Assembly (NCBI RefSeq): GCF_964213995.1
Contig: NW_027590156.1
Span: 124,001-188,000, forward strand
Reading direction: 5' to 3'
Length of the DNA: 64,000 nucleotides
From: Mustelus asterias
Lineage: Eukaryota
Shown here: positions 35,760 through 49,230 of the stretch, piece by piece
Layout: every line of letters begins with the position of its first letter
Position numbering within the stretch: the stretch's first letter is position 1
The notes under the pieces: model-generated
The model's database searches: none
What the model saw: only the letters and a program-made list of their open reading frames with translations
Told to the model about the DNA's origin: nothing
Translations under genes and position numbers: made by a program

Positions 35760-38700
35760 GGCATTTACTGGAGGAACGCTTTTTAATTTGGAATTACAAG
35801 ATGAGTTGATACATCAGGTTGAAAGTAACGAGTGTTTTCTTGTATTAAGTGGCATGGGGGGTTCTGAATCTAACCATGCCGACCAGCACGAACACAGTGC
35901 AGTTGAGCATTGTAGTCAGGCCGATTGGGGGCGATGTGCTGTCATTTGTTTCTGTAGTGCAGTGCTTGTAAAGGACCCGGGTCCGAAACCGGGCAGAAGA
36001 AAACATTAAGATGTTTCATGTCGGGTGAGAGAAATCTGAATTAATTCAGTTTGTTGCTGAACATTATCCGAGTCTCGATTCATGTTATCTTTGCTTGACG
36101 TCGGCCTCAAATGCTTCCTGTAAAATAAATGCTGAATATTTTGACGCACTGACAGGAAAGAAACGTTTCTATTTTGACAACATGCGCATATTAGCATTTC
36201 GTTCAGTCTACAACAGAATTTAATGGGTTAATAGGTGCAGACTAACAGAGTTAATCACCATCTGAAACATACCTAATCGTAGTGTGTGCTCAAAAAGACA
36301 GATACAAGTGAAACGATAAGTGAGCACTGTCAGCTGTTCCTGTAGTGTAGTGGTTATCACGGTCGCCTCACACACGACAAATCCCCAGTTCGAAACGGGT
36401 AGAAATGCTGTTGGATCGTTCGCGTTAAGCGTGAGCGGAGTCTGCACGATGTAGGTTCGTTGCTCAACGTCATGCGAATCCGATATAATCTTATATGGTC
36501 ATGTTATATGGGCTTTGACGTCGGCCTCAAATGCATTTACGAAAATCGGAACTGATGCATTTTAGGACGCAGGGAATGAAAAACTCTATTGTTTGTTCAT
36601 ATATTCGCAACTCGTGCAGTCCACAAATGAATTCAATGGGTTTTTGGTGCAGACTAACATAGTTAATCAACATCTGAAACATATCAAATTGTATTGTGTG
36701 CTCATAAAGAGAGACACAATTGAAATTGGAACTGAATTGGAGTAAATGGCGCGCATTTCGCAGAAGCACGTTTTTAAAATTGCTCTTCACAATAAAGAAA
36801 TAGCTAAAACCACTCAGACCCATGTGGAAATCGAGATTCAGTGCGGACCTCCTGGACTTCCGATAGATGAACGTGATTTAGGCGCCAGAATACTTCACAA
36901 ACAGAATAGCGGGGATTCAAGTATATTTTAAAGGATGAATGTTGTCAATCTCAAATAAGCACCATGGCATGTGCATTACGCAGTGACTCTATTTATTTTG
37001 TTGGTCAGTCACGTTTGCAAGAAAATGTTGTATATTTCAGAGGTATCCAATTCAGAATGAGGACATCTGTGTTAAATAAACGTACTGAAATTAAATATTG
37101 AATAACTACAAATATTTGATATAACTGTTTGAAATTATTTGACGGGAGATGAGAATGATGTATTAATGATTGAGCGGAATTCGTTGCCGCCTGAGACATT
37201 TGCCAGACGAAGTTCAAGATAAGTTGAGACATCAGGTTGAAAAATCGGATTTGTTCTTCTATTAAGTGACATGGACCCTCAATTTGACCATGACAACCTG
37301 CAGCAACACAATGTAGTTCAACATTGTAGTCAGGCCAATTGGCGGCGTGGCGCATTCTCTTGTTTCTATAGTGTAGTGGTTATCACATTGGCCGAACACG
37401 TGAAAGATCACCGCTTCAGAACCGGGCAGAACATTCATCAGCTTTCCCATGTCGGGTGAGGGAAGTCTGTATGATTTCAGATCGTTGCTGGACATGATCC
37501 AAATCTCGATGTTACAGCCATCTTATCTTTGCTCTGAGCTCGGCCCCAAATGTTTTCTGCAAAATATGAAATGCTGATTCTTTTGACGCACTGACAGGAA
37601 ATTTTCAATTTTGACAACCTGCACATATTAGCATCTCTTTCAGCCTATAACAGAATTTAATGGGTTTATAGGTGCAGACTAACATAGTTAATTACCATCT
37701 GAAACATGTCTAAAAGCAGTGTGCGCTCAAAAAGACAGACACAAGACATAGTGCAAGCGAACTAGAGGAAATGACGCACGTGTCCTACAGCTTTTTTTTG
37801 AAATCGTTCTTCATAACAAAGTAATAGGAAAAATCACTCAGCCAGATGAGGAAATCGAGACTCAGTGCGGATCTATTGGACTTTCCTAAAGATGGCCAGA
37901 ATTTATGCGCCTGAATGTTTCACACCCATAATTAAAAGGCTCAAGTGCAACTAACAGATATCTTTTCAATCTCTTCCATTTAAATGTAGTTGATTTTATT
38001 TAACATCAGACTATGTTCAAGGTCAAAATTGCGATCTGCATTGCCCGGAGACTCGCTTCCTTCTGTTGGTCAGTTATGTTTGCAATTCATGATATTCAAT
38101 TTCAGAGATATTCAAATCATAAAGAAGATCTATGTGTTAAATAACGTCCTGATATTAAATATTGGATAATGAAATACATACTGAGTACAATTGTAAAATG
38201 AGCTTTGACGAATGTCATCTGGGCACGAAACGTCAGCTCTTTCTTCTCCTTACAGATGCTGCCAGACCTTGCGAGATTTTCCAGCATTTTCTCTTTTGGT
38301 TTCAGATTCCAGCATCCGCGGTAAATTGTTTTTATTACTGAGTACAATTGGTTGAGATTATTCGAAGCAAGATGAGTATGATGCATTAATGCATGAGCAG
38401 AAATCATTGCTCCCTCAGATATTTTCCAGACGAACGCTTCTAAGGTTTGAAGTTCAAGATAAATTGAGCAATCAGATTGAAAGTAACGGCTATCTTCCTG
38501 AAACATGGGGGGCGTGGGGGGGGGGGGGGTGGAGGGCGGGGGCGTGGGGCGGAAGGGGGGCGGAGGAGATGGGGGGCTCTCTGTCTAACCATTTGAACGT
38601 GCAGCACCATAGCGCAGTTGAACATTGCAGACAGGCCGATTTGCTATCGGCTAGATCAGCTGTTTCTGTAGTGTAGTGGTTATCAGGTTCACCTGACACG

Positions 38701-39010
38701 TGATAAGTCCCTGGTTCAAAACCAAGCAAAAACGTTCATTAAGCTTTCTCATTAAGGGTGAGGGAAATCTGTATCATTTCCGTTCGTTGGTCAACATTAT
38801 CCGAATCTCGAGATTACAGCCACCTTACCTTTGCTCTGACCTCGGCCTCAAATGTTTTCTGTAAAATAAGGGATGCTGATATTTCTTTGACGCACTGACA
38901 GGAAAGAAACGTTTCGATTTTGACACCGTGCACATATTCGCATCTCGTCGTGCAGTGGTTGTCATGTTTGACTCACACGCGAAAGTTCCCGCTTCAAGAC
39001 CAGGGAGAAA
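35760..39010 (+). repeat. tRNA-Val tandem array with five degenerate Val genes
   Basis: Val-derived copies at 35948-36005, 36336-36407, 37362-37433, 38662-38734 (anticodon GAC) and about 38946-39010; spacers match the reverse complement of 5270-7400. Confidence 0.85.
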
Positions 39011-39981
39011 TATTTCCAAATAGTTTTATTTCAAAATGATTCAGATTTCAGAATTATTCTCGTTTCTCACGAAACATTCATTGAGCTGTTGAGTTTTTGC
39101 GGGATTTAAGACGGGAAACACTCAGTAAAGATATTAAATGGAAGGTCTGTGATAGAAAGCGTCACAGGATGGATTAACTGACACAAAGAATGATGGACAA
39201 GGGCAACATTGGCTGCTTCTCATTATATTTGAACTTTTGCTGCTTTCCTGGGTGAACTCCAGCTCCCCATTCATCTGGCAATGTCACCGCTCAAACTGAA
39301 TCTTTCTCCATCCCGCTTTGTTAATCTCACTGTTCCTGCTTTCTGAATGAAAACTGCTTGCAATTAGTCGAAGACAAATAGTTTACTGGTGAATTCAGTG
39401 AGAAGTTTTCTTGTCACTTAGCCCGAGTTTTTGTCCAGAAATGAATGATATTTCTGTCAGTGGAAACGGTTCAACCTGACAATTACCACCCAGATTTGCC
39501 TTGTATCACCATTTCCATCATCAGCACTTTGCGTCCGATCAATGTCCTTCACTATCTGTGTTTGTTCTTGACCTGTTGTCCACGTGACATTTCCAATTCG
39601 GAAACAAAACTGCAAATCTCACTCCACTGATTCTGGCAGAGCTGCTTTGGACCAGGAAGTATTGCTGGTTTGTTTGTAAAAAATATTAAATCTTAATATA
39701 TCGATGGCAGTCTGTAACCCTGAAAGTGCCGAACCCCTAACCACGAGGCCACCAGGATCTCATTTGCCCGATTCTCCCAGATACTGATTACAGGAATGTA
39801 CACAGCGCCCAATTATCCACAGCCACACTATCCTTCCTTTCTGTCCCGATATGAAATTGTTCACATTTTCACACTGGTGTGACGAAGGCAGAGCTGTGAT
39901 AAGCTGATGTTGTTCAGCATTTTTACCACAATAAGGTTTCCATCAGTTCGATGCTAACATTGCTCTGTGAATGTGGTGAGC

Positions 39982-40129
39982 ACAGTAAGAGTTTTAACAA
40001 CACCAGGTTAAAGTCCAACAGGTTTATTTGGTAGCAAATACCATTAGCTTTCGGAGCGCTGCTCCTTCGTCAGATGGAGTGGAAATGTCTTACTGTGTTC
40101 ACCCCAGTCCAACGCCGGCATCTCCACAT
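39982..40129. mobile_element. Short Penelope pLTR insertion with 12-bp flanking duplication
   Basis: AATGTGGTGAGC at 39970-39981 and 40130-40141. Confidence 0.75.
40041..40077 (-). ncRNA. Minimal hammerhead ribozyme motif, intact core
   Basis: CCAT-CTGACGA-A-GGAGC-agc-GCTCC-GAAAGCTA-ATGG. Confidence 0.75.
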
Positions 40130-42217
40130 AATGTGGTGAGCGACAGTGAAATGTATTGCAGTTGAAGGTAGAGTACACATTTTGACAGGAGGAAAAGGTA
40201 AGGGAAATGTGGGTAATTGACGGGCTTGTGGAATGGGGCTGATATTTCTGCCTGCTGTTCAAATTGGTACAGGCATTGAACGACCACTTTCAGATGCTGT
40301 CGCCCGCTGTGTTCCGTGGTGTAATGGTGAGCACTCTGGACTGTGAATCCAGCTACCCGAGTTCACATTTCGTTGGAACCTCTCTTTTTGTTTGCCAATG
40401 CTGATGATTGATTTGCTGAAGGACATTTCGTTTAGTTTTCTCACGAAGTTCGAATTGAGAGGACAATTTGTCAGCCAGTTCAACAGCTATTACAATGTAC
40501 ATTGCTGAGCCCCTGGCGTCAGATACCTGCAACACCAGCATTTGTTTTTCATCTTTTCGCTACTCTTTAACCCCTAAGTTGAAAGAAAGGAGAAGTTGGT
40601 TTCATACAATAACAATTATTGGCAGTTATTGAGCATGTGTGTTTGTGTGTGTGTTTCTGATTTGAGAGAAAGGCCTAGTGTCTGAGGTCAGCGTGCTGTC
40701 GGTTGCATGGTGTAACTGTTAGCACTCTGGACTCTCGCATTCAAACTCTTTCTAAGCTTGTGACATAACTGAGTGACTGACACCTGTGGATGGACCTCAT
40801 GCCCACTGTGGCTCCCCTGCCTCTCAACGCTTTGTATTCTTGAGCAGTCGTCCTCTGGTGCTGAAGCAATGACGCCAAGAGAGTCATTCGGTGCATTGGG
40901 CGCAAGTGCGGTGGAATTTGTTGAAGTTTCCTCAGTGTTTAGATGTGCACTGACTGAGAATTTTAAATAAAATGCCAACAGCAAACCCATCAGCGGCTTA
41001 AGCAAAGCAACGCAAGTCTCTGCCGCTATTTGAACTCGAATCGCTGGATTCCGAGTCCAGAGTACTCAGCGTCACATCACAGATCCCAGAACAGAGTGAC
41101 CACCAAAATGGTCCCTCGAAGAATTTGACCTATTTCATTCAATGTGACAGCAACAGCAAGTGCGACAACAACGTGTCGTTATTCGCCACCATTGATAGGA
41201 GCGAAGCTCAGAAGACATAATCCCCCAATCTACAGCAAATCATTTCCTTTGCAAGCGTTGGACTGGGGTATTTTTATTCACAAACACGACATAAACAGAC
41301 AGAGACGCAATTGCAAGATAATGGTTGGAATGTGAATCTTTAGAGGTAATCAAGCCCTTACAGGTGCAGACAATTTTCTTTTTCATCTTTTCGCTGCACT
41401 TTAACGCTCTGTCGAAAGAAAGGTGCAGTTGCTGTCAAAGAACAACAACCCTTCGACTGGATCCTGACTATTATTGAGCAAGAATGTAGATGTGTGAGAT
41501 CTGGGTGAAATGCCTCCTGCCTTCGACGGACGTCCTGTTGGTTCTGTGATGTAACGGTGAGCATGCTGGACTGTGTATACAAAAATGAGAGTTTGAATCT
41601 CGGTGGAATGAGTATTCTCATCGGACCAACTCTTGCTTAACTTGGGAAGATGACTCAGTGAATGGTATCGGTAGGGGAACCGTTTTCTGCCACGGTGGCA
41701 CAGTGGTTAGCACTGCTGCCTCACAGTGCCAGGGACGGGGGTTTAGTTCTGTGAGGCTTCGGGTGACTGTGTGGAATTTGCACTATCGCCCCATGTCTGC
41801 AATGCTTCATCGAGATCTGAACTCGGACTACTGCATTCAGAGACCAGAGTGCTCAACATCACGCTGCAGAACCAGGAACACAGCCGCGAGCTGCAAATGG
41901 TCACTCAAGGACTGCGACCTCTTTCATTCAATGTGGCAGCAACTGCAAGTGGGTCGAATGCGTTGAGCGACGATTTGCAGCTGGCTGCTGTATTCTGGGT
42001 TCTCTGGTCTAATGGTGAGCATTTGAATCCAACCAGCCGAGTTCAAATGTAGGCCGATCCTTGCTCTCCTTTGCCGTTGCTGGGGATTGATTTTTTGAAG
42101 AACCTTTTGTTTAAATTTCCCACAAAGCAGGAATAGGGAGAGGAATTTTTCAGCCAGTTCAGCTTCTTTTACAATGCACATTGCTGAGCTTCTGGCGACA
42201 GACGCTTGAAGCAGCAA

Positions 42218-42833
42218 GGTGAAGGGGGGGAGGTTTAACACAGATATCAGAAGGACATATTTCACACAGAGGGTCGTGGGGGCCTGGAATGTGTTGCCGG
42301 GCAAGGTGGTGGAGGCGGACATACTGGGAACGTTTAAGACTTATCTAGACAGCTATATGAACGGAGTGGGAATGGAGGGATACAAAAGAGTGGTCTAGTT
42401 TGGACCAGGGAGCGGCGCGGGCTAATTGTTCCTTGTTTCTCGTGGAAGTGGAAATGACTAGGGTTGGGAAGCATTTTCCGATCAGGGCCATTGTGATCTC
42501 CTGGACTCGTTTCGATCGCCTCAGGGGGTCGGAGAGGAATTTCCCAGATTTTTTTTCCCCATATTGGCCCTGGGGTTTTTCACTCTGGGTTTTCGCCTCT
42601 CCCTGGAGATCACATGGTCTGGAATGGGGGGGTGGGGGTGAGTTAATAGGTTGTAATGAACAAAGCATCGTAGCTGTGGGGGACAGCTCGGTGGATAGGA
42701 TATTGGTATGTAGATAGGCTGGAAAATTGGGCGGGGATCCTGGATTCAGGATTCAATCCTGGACCGGGGAGCGGCGCGGGCTTGGAGGGCCGAAGGGCCT
42801 GTTCCTGTGCTGTATTGTTCTTTGTTCTTTGTT
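42218..42833 (+). mobile_element. CR1 3' end
   Basis: KVKGGRFNTDIRRTYFTQRVVGAWNVLPGKVVEA..; (TTCTTTG)n tail. Confidence 0.85.
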
Positions 42834-42947
42834 CAATGTCCTTTTCATTTTTGCCGCTCTTTAACTCCTCTTCTGAAAGAAAGGAGCGGTTGGTGTAACA
42901 CAACAACAACTATTCGACGGGAAACTGGCAATTATTGAGCAATTCTG

Positions 42948-42949
42948 GG

Positions 42950-42984
<35 letters not shown>
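42948..42984 (+). repeat. (GT)n microsatellite
   Basis: Direct reading. Confidence 0.9.
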
Positions 42985-43795
42985 ATTTTGGGAGAAAGGC
43001 TTAGTGTCTTTGGTCAGAGTGCTGTCGGTTCCATGGGGTAACACTTACCACTCTAGACTCTCTCCGTCCCACTTTCTGTTGAAATTGGAACAGATGAGTG
43101 ACTGAATGTCACCCGGAGGTTGACCCCCTTCAAAATATATATTGACTTAGTAACGTCTTTTGAAATGAATAAGCCTCATTTTGTTTCATTTTATGTCAAT
43201 CAGGGTGACACACCTTACTATTCAAAACCTCAACCCCTCAACTATTTGAGCAGGTAAGGTTCAGTCGAAGAAAACTGATCCACATTGAACCAAACATTGT
43301 TACTGGAGTTGTTGCAAATCGCAACTCAAAATAGACCATGTTGGCAACACTCAGCAGGTCAAACAGCGTCTATTGAGAGAGGAACAGAGTGAATGTATAG
43401 GGTCGCTGACCTTTTAACCAACTTGGAGAATTTAGAGATTTAATGTTTTACTAACAAATACAAAATAAAGGGAAATAGAGAGCGAAAGGACGAAAAGTCA
43501 AACGTCCTTGTGATAGGATGTAAGGCTGGAGTGATTAGATGACAATGGGGATTGTTGTTTCCATTGACACAATCTCCCAGGTCTGGGTTCCAAATTCGAG
43601 CAAAATGAGAAGAAACCTTCTCGCTGAATTAAGCACTAAACACTTCGACTGCCAGGGAAGCAAAGATAACTCAGAAAGCAGTAACTGTGAGATCAACAAA
43701 GCGGGATGGAGTAAGACTCAGTTTGAGCGGTGGCAGTGCCGGAGGAATGATGAGCTGGCGTTTACCCAGGAATGGGGCAAGTTTTAAAATAAGAA

Positions 43796-43860
43796 CGCCC
43801 GACGTGGGACTCGACCGTGAGATTATGAGTCTCATGCTCTACCGACTGAGCTAGCCGGGC
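43796..43860 (-). pseudogene. tRNA-Lys(CTT)-body pseudogene with anticodon CAT and T-arm deletion
   Basis: GCCCGGCTAGCTCAGTCGGTAGAGCATGAGACTCATAATCTCACGGTCGAGTCCCACGTCGGGCG. Confidence 0.8.
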
Positions 43861-44700
43861 ACATGTGGGCCCCAGCACTCCATATCCAAAAATGTGTGGA
43901 GGCAAATAAAGCGTTTCCATCTGGTGTCTCAGCTTGTTCTGATTACAAAGTTTATAATTATTCAATCTACGGAATCCCTGAGGTTACAATGCATTCCTCT
44001 CAATCATCAATAACTTCATTCACATCTTCCACTTCTTAGCTTCACCTCTTTTCAAACATTGCACAAACACTCTTATATTTTTCACCTGAATATTTTTTGA
44101 ACTGAATATTCCAACCACTTGGGAAAAGAGCGTTTCAGTGTGTCCAAAGTCAAACTGTCTCGCCATTGTCAGACTTTCCAATCCGTCACCTCTCATTATT
44201 CTAATCTACAGAGCAAACAGATTCATTCCACTGAATCTCTCCTCCCAGGACAACCTCGTCATCACAGAAATCAATTCAGTGAACCTTGATTGAACACAGA
44301 CAACGAAAGAATAAAGGGAATAGAGAGCAAAAGGGGGAACAGTGATTGATGAACTGACGGAGAGACAGAGAGTAAAAGAGCCTGAGACAGGTATACAGCA
44401 ACAAAAAAGACACGGAGAGGGACAGAGAGTGCGGCAGAATCGACTAAACACAAAGCAGCTGTCTGAAACCAGAAGAATGCGGTCCTCCGAGTTGGTGAAT
44501 AAGGATTAAGTGAATGTCCGAAAGCATAGTCACCTTTTGAAAATGTCTTGATTCTTTGTGAGTGTGTAGTGCTGACAGAATCCCTGCATTGTCTGCTCAG
44601 GTTCTCAAATCATACCCCATGTAAACCAATCCTGCCATGTGCACGGGAAATAAACTAACAAAATCCTCCTCTTGTCCAATGCGAAACGACAGCTTAATGA

Positions 44701-44789
44701 GGGCTTACCCAGAATTTGAAATGGGACCTCACGCAGGCTTGCGGATTTTAGCACCCAAAGCGAGAATCATACCCCTAGGCGAAATAGCA
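44701..44789 (-). pseudogene. tRNA-Pro(TGG) pseudogene with 18-nt intron
   Basis: CTAGGGGTATGATTCTCGCTTTGGG[18 nt, 44736-44753]TGCGTGAGGTCCC..TTCAAAT. Confidence 0.75.
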
Positions 44790-45061
44790 ATCGTGATAAA
44801 TGCAAGTCAGCTAAATGTATTTTCACTGCCACCCAAAGCGGATCATACACCTGCACTGAACGGTGATAATGCTGGAAAAATCTCAGGAAGTAATACAGAG
44901 TGTGCACAGGAAACAAAGCTCATCTTTGAATCCCAAGGCTTTTCATTAACATTGGGAATGGTTAGAAATGTAGGAAGTTTAAAACAAGTGAAATCCAGCA
45001 GGGAGGAAACATATCTGAGCTGTTCGAATTCTGCCGAAAGGACCACAACTTAAATTGAATT

Positions 45062-45146
45062 TGGCAGCGGTGGGATTCAGACTCAAACTCACACCGCCTC
45101 AGAAACTGAAGCCTTAATCCAGCGCCTTAGACCGTTCGGCTACGGG
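45062..45146 (-). pseudogene. tRNA-Leu(AAG) pseudogene in an inverted copy (about 45060-45790) of the 33.4-34.1 kb unit
   Basis: CGTAGCCGAACGGTCTAAGGCGCTGGATTAAGGC..; flanking sequence matches 33400-34000. Confidence 0.75.
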
Positions 45147-47261
45147 AGCAGAAAAATAATCATTCTAATCCTGCAATTTACTGATATTGTTACTGAAATA
45201 CATTGGAAGCAACTGAGTTGGGAACGGCCGTCAGGAGCCTGCACCTTCACTGAGTCAACTCATCCTGAACTGTTCAACAAACAGAAATCATCTCCAGTCA
45301 GAAACACAATGAGCTGCAATAAAGGCCCAGCACCATTTAAATTGTCCTTAGCCTCGCCTGTTTCCCAAACTCCTGACAGAAATGACAAAAAAACTTCCTG
45401 TTGGAAGTCTTCACTTCCGGACACGAGGCGAGATTGTGTTTGATATGTTCCACCAGGCAATAACTGACATCTGTTTTCACGGTTTGGATGCGAGCAATAG
45501 ATCTTCATTTACTGACCTGCAATCAAAACATCAGTGAAAATGACAATCTCTAACCCCCAGAGCAGCAGTTTACTGTGTGTTTTAGAATTTGCTTTATCCA
45601 CGCTACCTTTGTTATTTTTATTTTCACACTTTCACCACAAACAAGTTTTTCCTGCAAAATGGCACATTCTGCTTCAACACAGTGATGTGTTCAGCCAATG
45701 AAAACACACAGCAATCAATCCACTGCAGTTAACACTTTCGCTTCCGACGGTTCAGAACTGGACAGAAACATTTCCAAATGTTTTTCAATGCAGAGGGAAA
45801 GATTTCATATTTCGCTGACAGTGTAATCGGTAAAAATCTGACCAATCATAATCCAGATTTTCCCTTGCATCACCATCTCTATTGCGCGTGCTTTGCAGAC
45901 CATCACTGCCCTTCTCTTTCTGTGTTTGTTCTTGAAGTGTTGCACATGTGACATTTCCAGCTCTGATGTAAACTTACAATCCTCACTCGGCTGATTCTAG
46001 TAGATCTGCTTTCGATCAAAGAGTAAATCACCTTATTTTTAATCGTTTGCTGAGAATATTTTCTTCTTGAGCGAGAGTTGAAACCAAATATCACTGGGAG
46101 AGTGCTAAACACAAACCAGTGGACTACCAGGGTAACTGGTGAACTGAGGTTTTCGAATTATATCCCTTTGCTTATTATTTTCATCCCTGATCGTTTTCAC
46201 TCGAGACAAGTTTCTCCTTCAAAGTGTCCTGTTTGTATGGAACATAGGTACTTCCTTCAGCCAGTGGGGACACCAATTAAGTTCGCTGGGACAACAAATT
46301 GACAGTGAGTGAAATCGTCCCACCAGATGCTGAAGTGATCGAGGTATATAAAATTTTAAAAGAATTGATAGAATAAATGTAGACCAAATGTTGCATCTTT
46401 TCGGGCAATCGAGAAGAAGAGGTCACATGTATATCAAAGCAAGATACTGTGCATGCTGGAGTCTGAACCCCCCCCCCCCCCAGAAAAAGCTGGAAAATCT
46501 CAGCTGGTCTGACAGCCTCTGTGGGGAAAGGATAGAGCCAGTATTTCGAGTCGAGATGTCATTTTGTCAGAGCTAGCGTCACATATATAGGTTGAGAGGC
46601 GGTGGACGTAAAACTGAGATGTTGAGTAACCACGTATTGCTGACAGTCGTGGATTTGTGGAATTTGCTGCCCCATAGCATGGTGAATTCTGATTCTTTAA
46701 ACGTTTTCAAGAAAGAGAACAGGTGGGGACGTGGATTTGTGACCAGGGAGAGATCAGCCATGAACTGATTGAATGCCGGAGCAGGCTCGAAGAGCTGTAT
46801 TTGCCTACTTCTGATCTTAGTTCCTATGTTCTTAAGTGTAATTGTCAATTTTCAAAACCCACAACCACATCAATGTGACAGGTGTGCAATCTATGTACAG
46901 CACATCCACAGGTTCCCCTTTAGCCCTTGAGTCCTGTGAAGAACTTTGGACAGCCTTAATCTGTGGTGTAAACACTTTGTGATTTTTTTTCTTCTCCCAT
47001 TTAATCTCTCCTGACTTCCACCTCATCAGCTGTTGTTATGTTTCGTCCCTCCTGGATATCACTTGTTTAAAACGTCGGACATTTCTAACCATTTCCAGTT
47101 GAAACTAAACGTCATGGAGGTGAAAAATTGAACTTTCTTTCCCTATGCACAGAAGAGTCCTGACTTCCTGCGTTTTTTCAGCACTTTCACTTTCACTGCA
47201 GATGTCTGATCAGATTTTGATGGCAATGGGAATGTAATGCCGAAACTGCTTTCCTCACGGT

Positions 47262-47338
47262 GGCTCGTAGGTCTGGGGGTACGATTCTGGCTTTGGGTAT
47301 TAAGATCCACAAAGTCGCAAGAGGTCCCGAACAAGTCT
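47262..47338 (+). pseudogene. tRNA-Pro(TGG) pseudogene with 18-nt intron and T-arm deletion
   Basis: GGCTCGTAGGTCTGGGGGTACGATTCTGGCTTTGGG[47298-47315]CGCAAGAGGTCCCG. Confidence 0.75.
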
Positions 47339-47739
47339 TCATTTAGCTATTGTTTGCGTTAGGGTTTGTGAACGAACCGTTGGGTTTGTTAACTTATTTC
47401 GCGTGCACACAGCAGGATTGGTTTATATGGGGTTTGGTTTGAGAATCCGAGCACACGCTGCAGGGATTCTATCAACATAACATGCTCACAAATAAATCAA
47501 GACATCTTCAAAAGATGCTTGTGGATATTCACTTTATCTCGATTCGCCAATTCAGAGGAACCCATGCCTGTGGGTTCAGAAAGATGATGTATGTATAGCC
47601 ATGATGTGGAGATGTGACGTTGAACAGGTGTGGGCACATTAGCGATCTCAGAACACCAAGTTAAAGTCCAATAGGGTTGTTTTTGTTATCACAATTTTTC
47701 AGAGCGCTGCGCCTTCATCAAGTAAGTGATATGTATTGG

Positions 47740-48045
47740 GGTATCACGGTGGCAGAGTGGTTATCACTGCTGCTTCAGGGACCTGCATTCGATTCCCCGC
47801 GAGGGTAACTGTCTGTTTGGAGTTCGCAAATTCTCCCCATGTCTGCGTGTGTTATTTCTGGGTGATCCAGTTTCCTTCCACAGTCACAAGATTTGCTGGT
47901 TAGGTGCATTGGCCATGCTAAATTTCCCCTTAGAGTCTGGTAAATGCATGGGGTTATGGGGATAGTGTCTATGCGGGACTTTGGTCGATGCAGACTCGAT
48001 GGACCGAATGGCGTCCTTCTGCAATGCAGGAATTCTACAGGACTA
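47740..48045 (+). mobile_element. HE1-like SINE
   Basis: tRNA-like head, central domain and GGACCGAATGG tail. Confidence 0.7.
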
Positions 48046-48628
48046 TTCATGGATTGTTGATGTCTGCTCTGCCTCTTTTTGTCACTCCATTACCGTATCA
48101 GTTTCTTTCAGTCTCTGTCTGTGCATCTATCATTGTTTGCTCTTTGCTCCTTCTATTCTCTCGCTGTATGTGTGTAACCAAGGTCCTCTGGATTGATTTC
48201 TATGATGAGGCTGTTGGATGAATATGTTCCCTCTGTAGTTTAGAATGAGATGTGATCACAATGAAAAGTCTGAAACTGGGAGACAGTTTGACAGTATACA
48301 TGCTGTGTGGCTTCACGCGCTGACTGGAGTATTTCGAACAAGAATATTAAGTTGACATAGAGTCATAGAGGTTTACAGCATCAAAACAGGCCCTTCGGCA
48401 CAACTTGTCCATGCCGCCCGACAGATGTAAGAGGAGTTTGCAATGTTTGGAAGGACATGAATCTAAGACGTGAAAGATGACAATGATGTTAATGATTATT
48501 GAGAGGAATGCATTGTAACTTTCAGGATTCTGTAGGTCGATTCATTGTAAACTTTGTAATCAGAACAAGCTGAATGGAAAAAGAAACACATATTTGTTTT
48601 GGAATCTGGAACATCAGCGTCTCAATGT

Positions 48629-48701
48629 GCCCGGCTAGCTCAGTTGTTCAAGCATGAAACTCTTAATCCCAGGGTCATGGGTTCGAGCCACACGTTGGGC
48701 G
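48629..48701 (+). pseudogene. tRNA-Lys(CTT), probable pseudogene
   Basis: Full length but with D-loop and anticodon-stem mismatches. Confidence 0.75.
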
Positions 48702-49230
48702 CAGCTGTGTTTAAACTTTGCCCTTTTCCTGAGTGAACGACAGTTTTCCATTCCTCTGGTGCTGTCACCGCTCAAACTGAGTCTTTCTCCATCCCACTGT
48801 TAATCTTAAAGTTAATGGTTTATGAGTGAGATCTGCCTCATCTTCACTGGAAGGCGAGGAGTTTCGTGCATAATTCAGCGAGAAGTTTTCTTCTCATTTA
48901 GAGTGAGATTTGCATCCAGATCTGGGAGATTGCGTCAGTGTAGACATTAATCTTCCCCATTGTCATTCCATCACTATTGCCTTACATCCCATCACGAGAC
49001 AGTTTGTTCATTCGTCCTCGCCCTTTCTAGTTTCCTTCACTTTGTATTTGTTTGTAAATCGTTAAATCTCTAAATTCTTCCAGTTTGGGGAAAAGGTCAG
49101 CGACCTGAAACAATCATTCCGTTTCCCTCTCCATAGACGCTGTTTGGCCTGGTTTGTATGTTGAACATTTTCTGCTATGACGTGGGAGTTGCAGCAACTG
49201 CAGTATGTTGTTTTTGGGTCACAGTAGATC

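Larger units (their letters stand above)
40310..43063. repeat. Cluster of tRNA-Gln-derived pseudogenes in both orientations
   Basis: Copies at 40310-40381 (+, anticodon GTG), 40701-40736 (+), 41020-41085 (-), 41540-41610 (+), 41803-41873 (-), 41998-42060 (+), 43027-43063 (+). Confidence 0.75.

Noticed and set aside
5270-39010. CRISPR-like or prokaryotic repeat arrays
   Set aside because: The repeats are kb-scale eukaryotic tRNA units with no repeat-spacer structure
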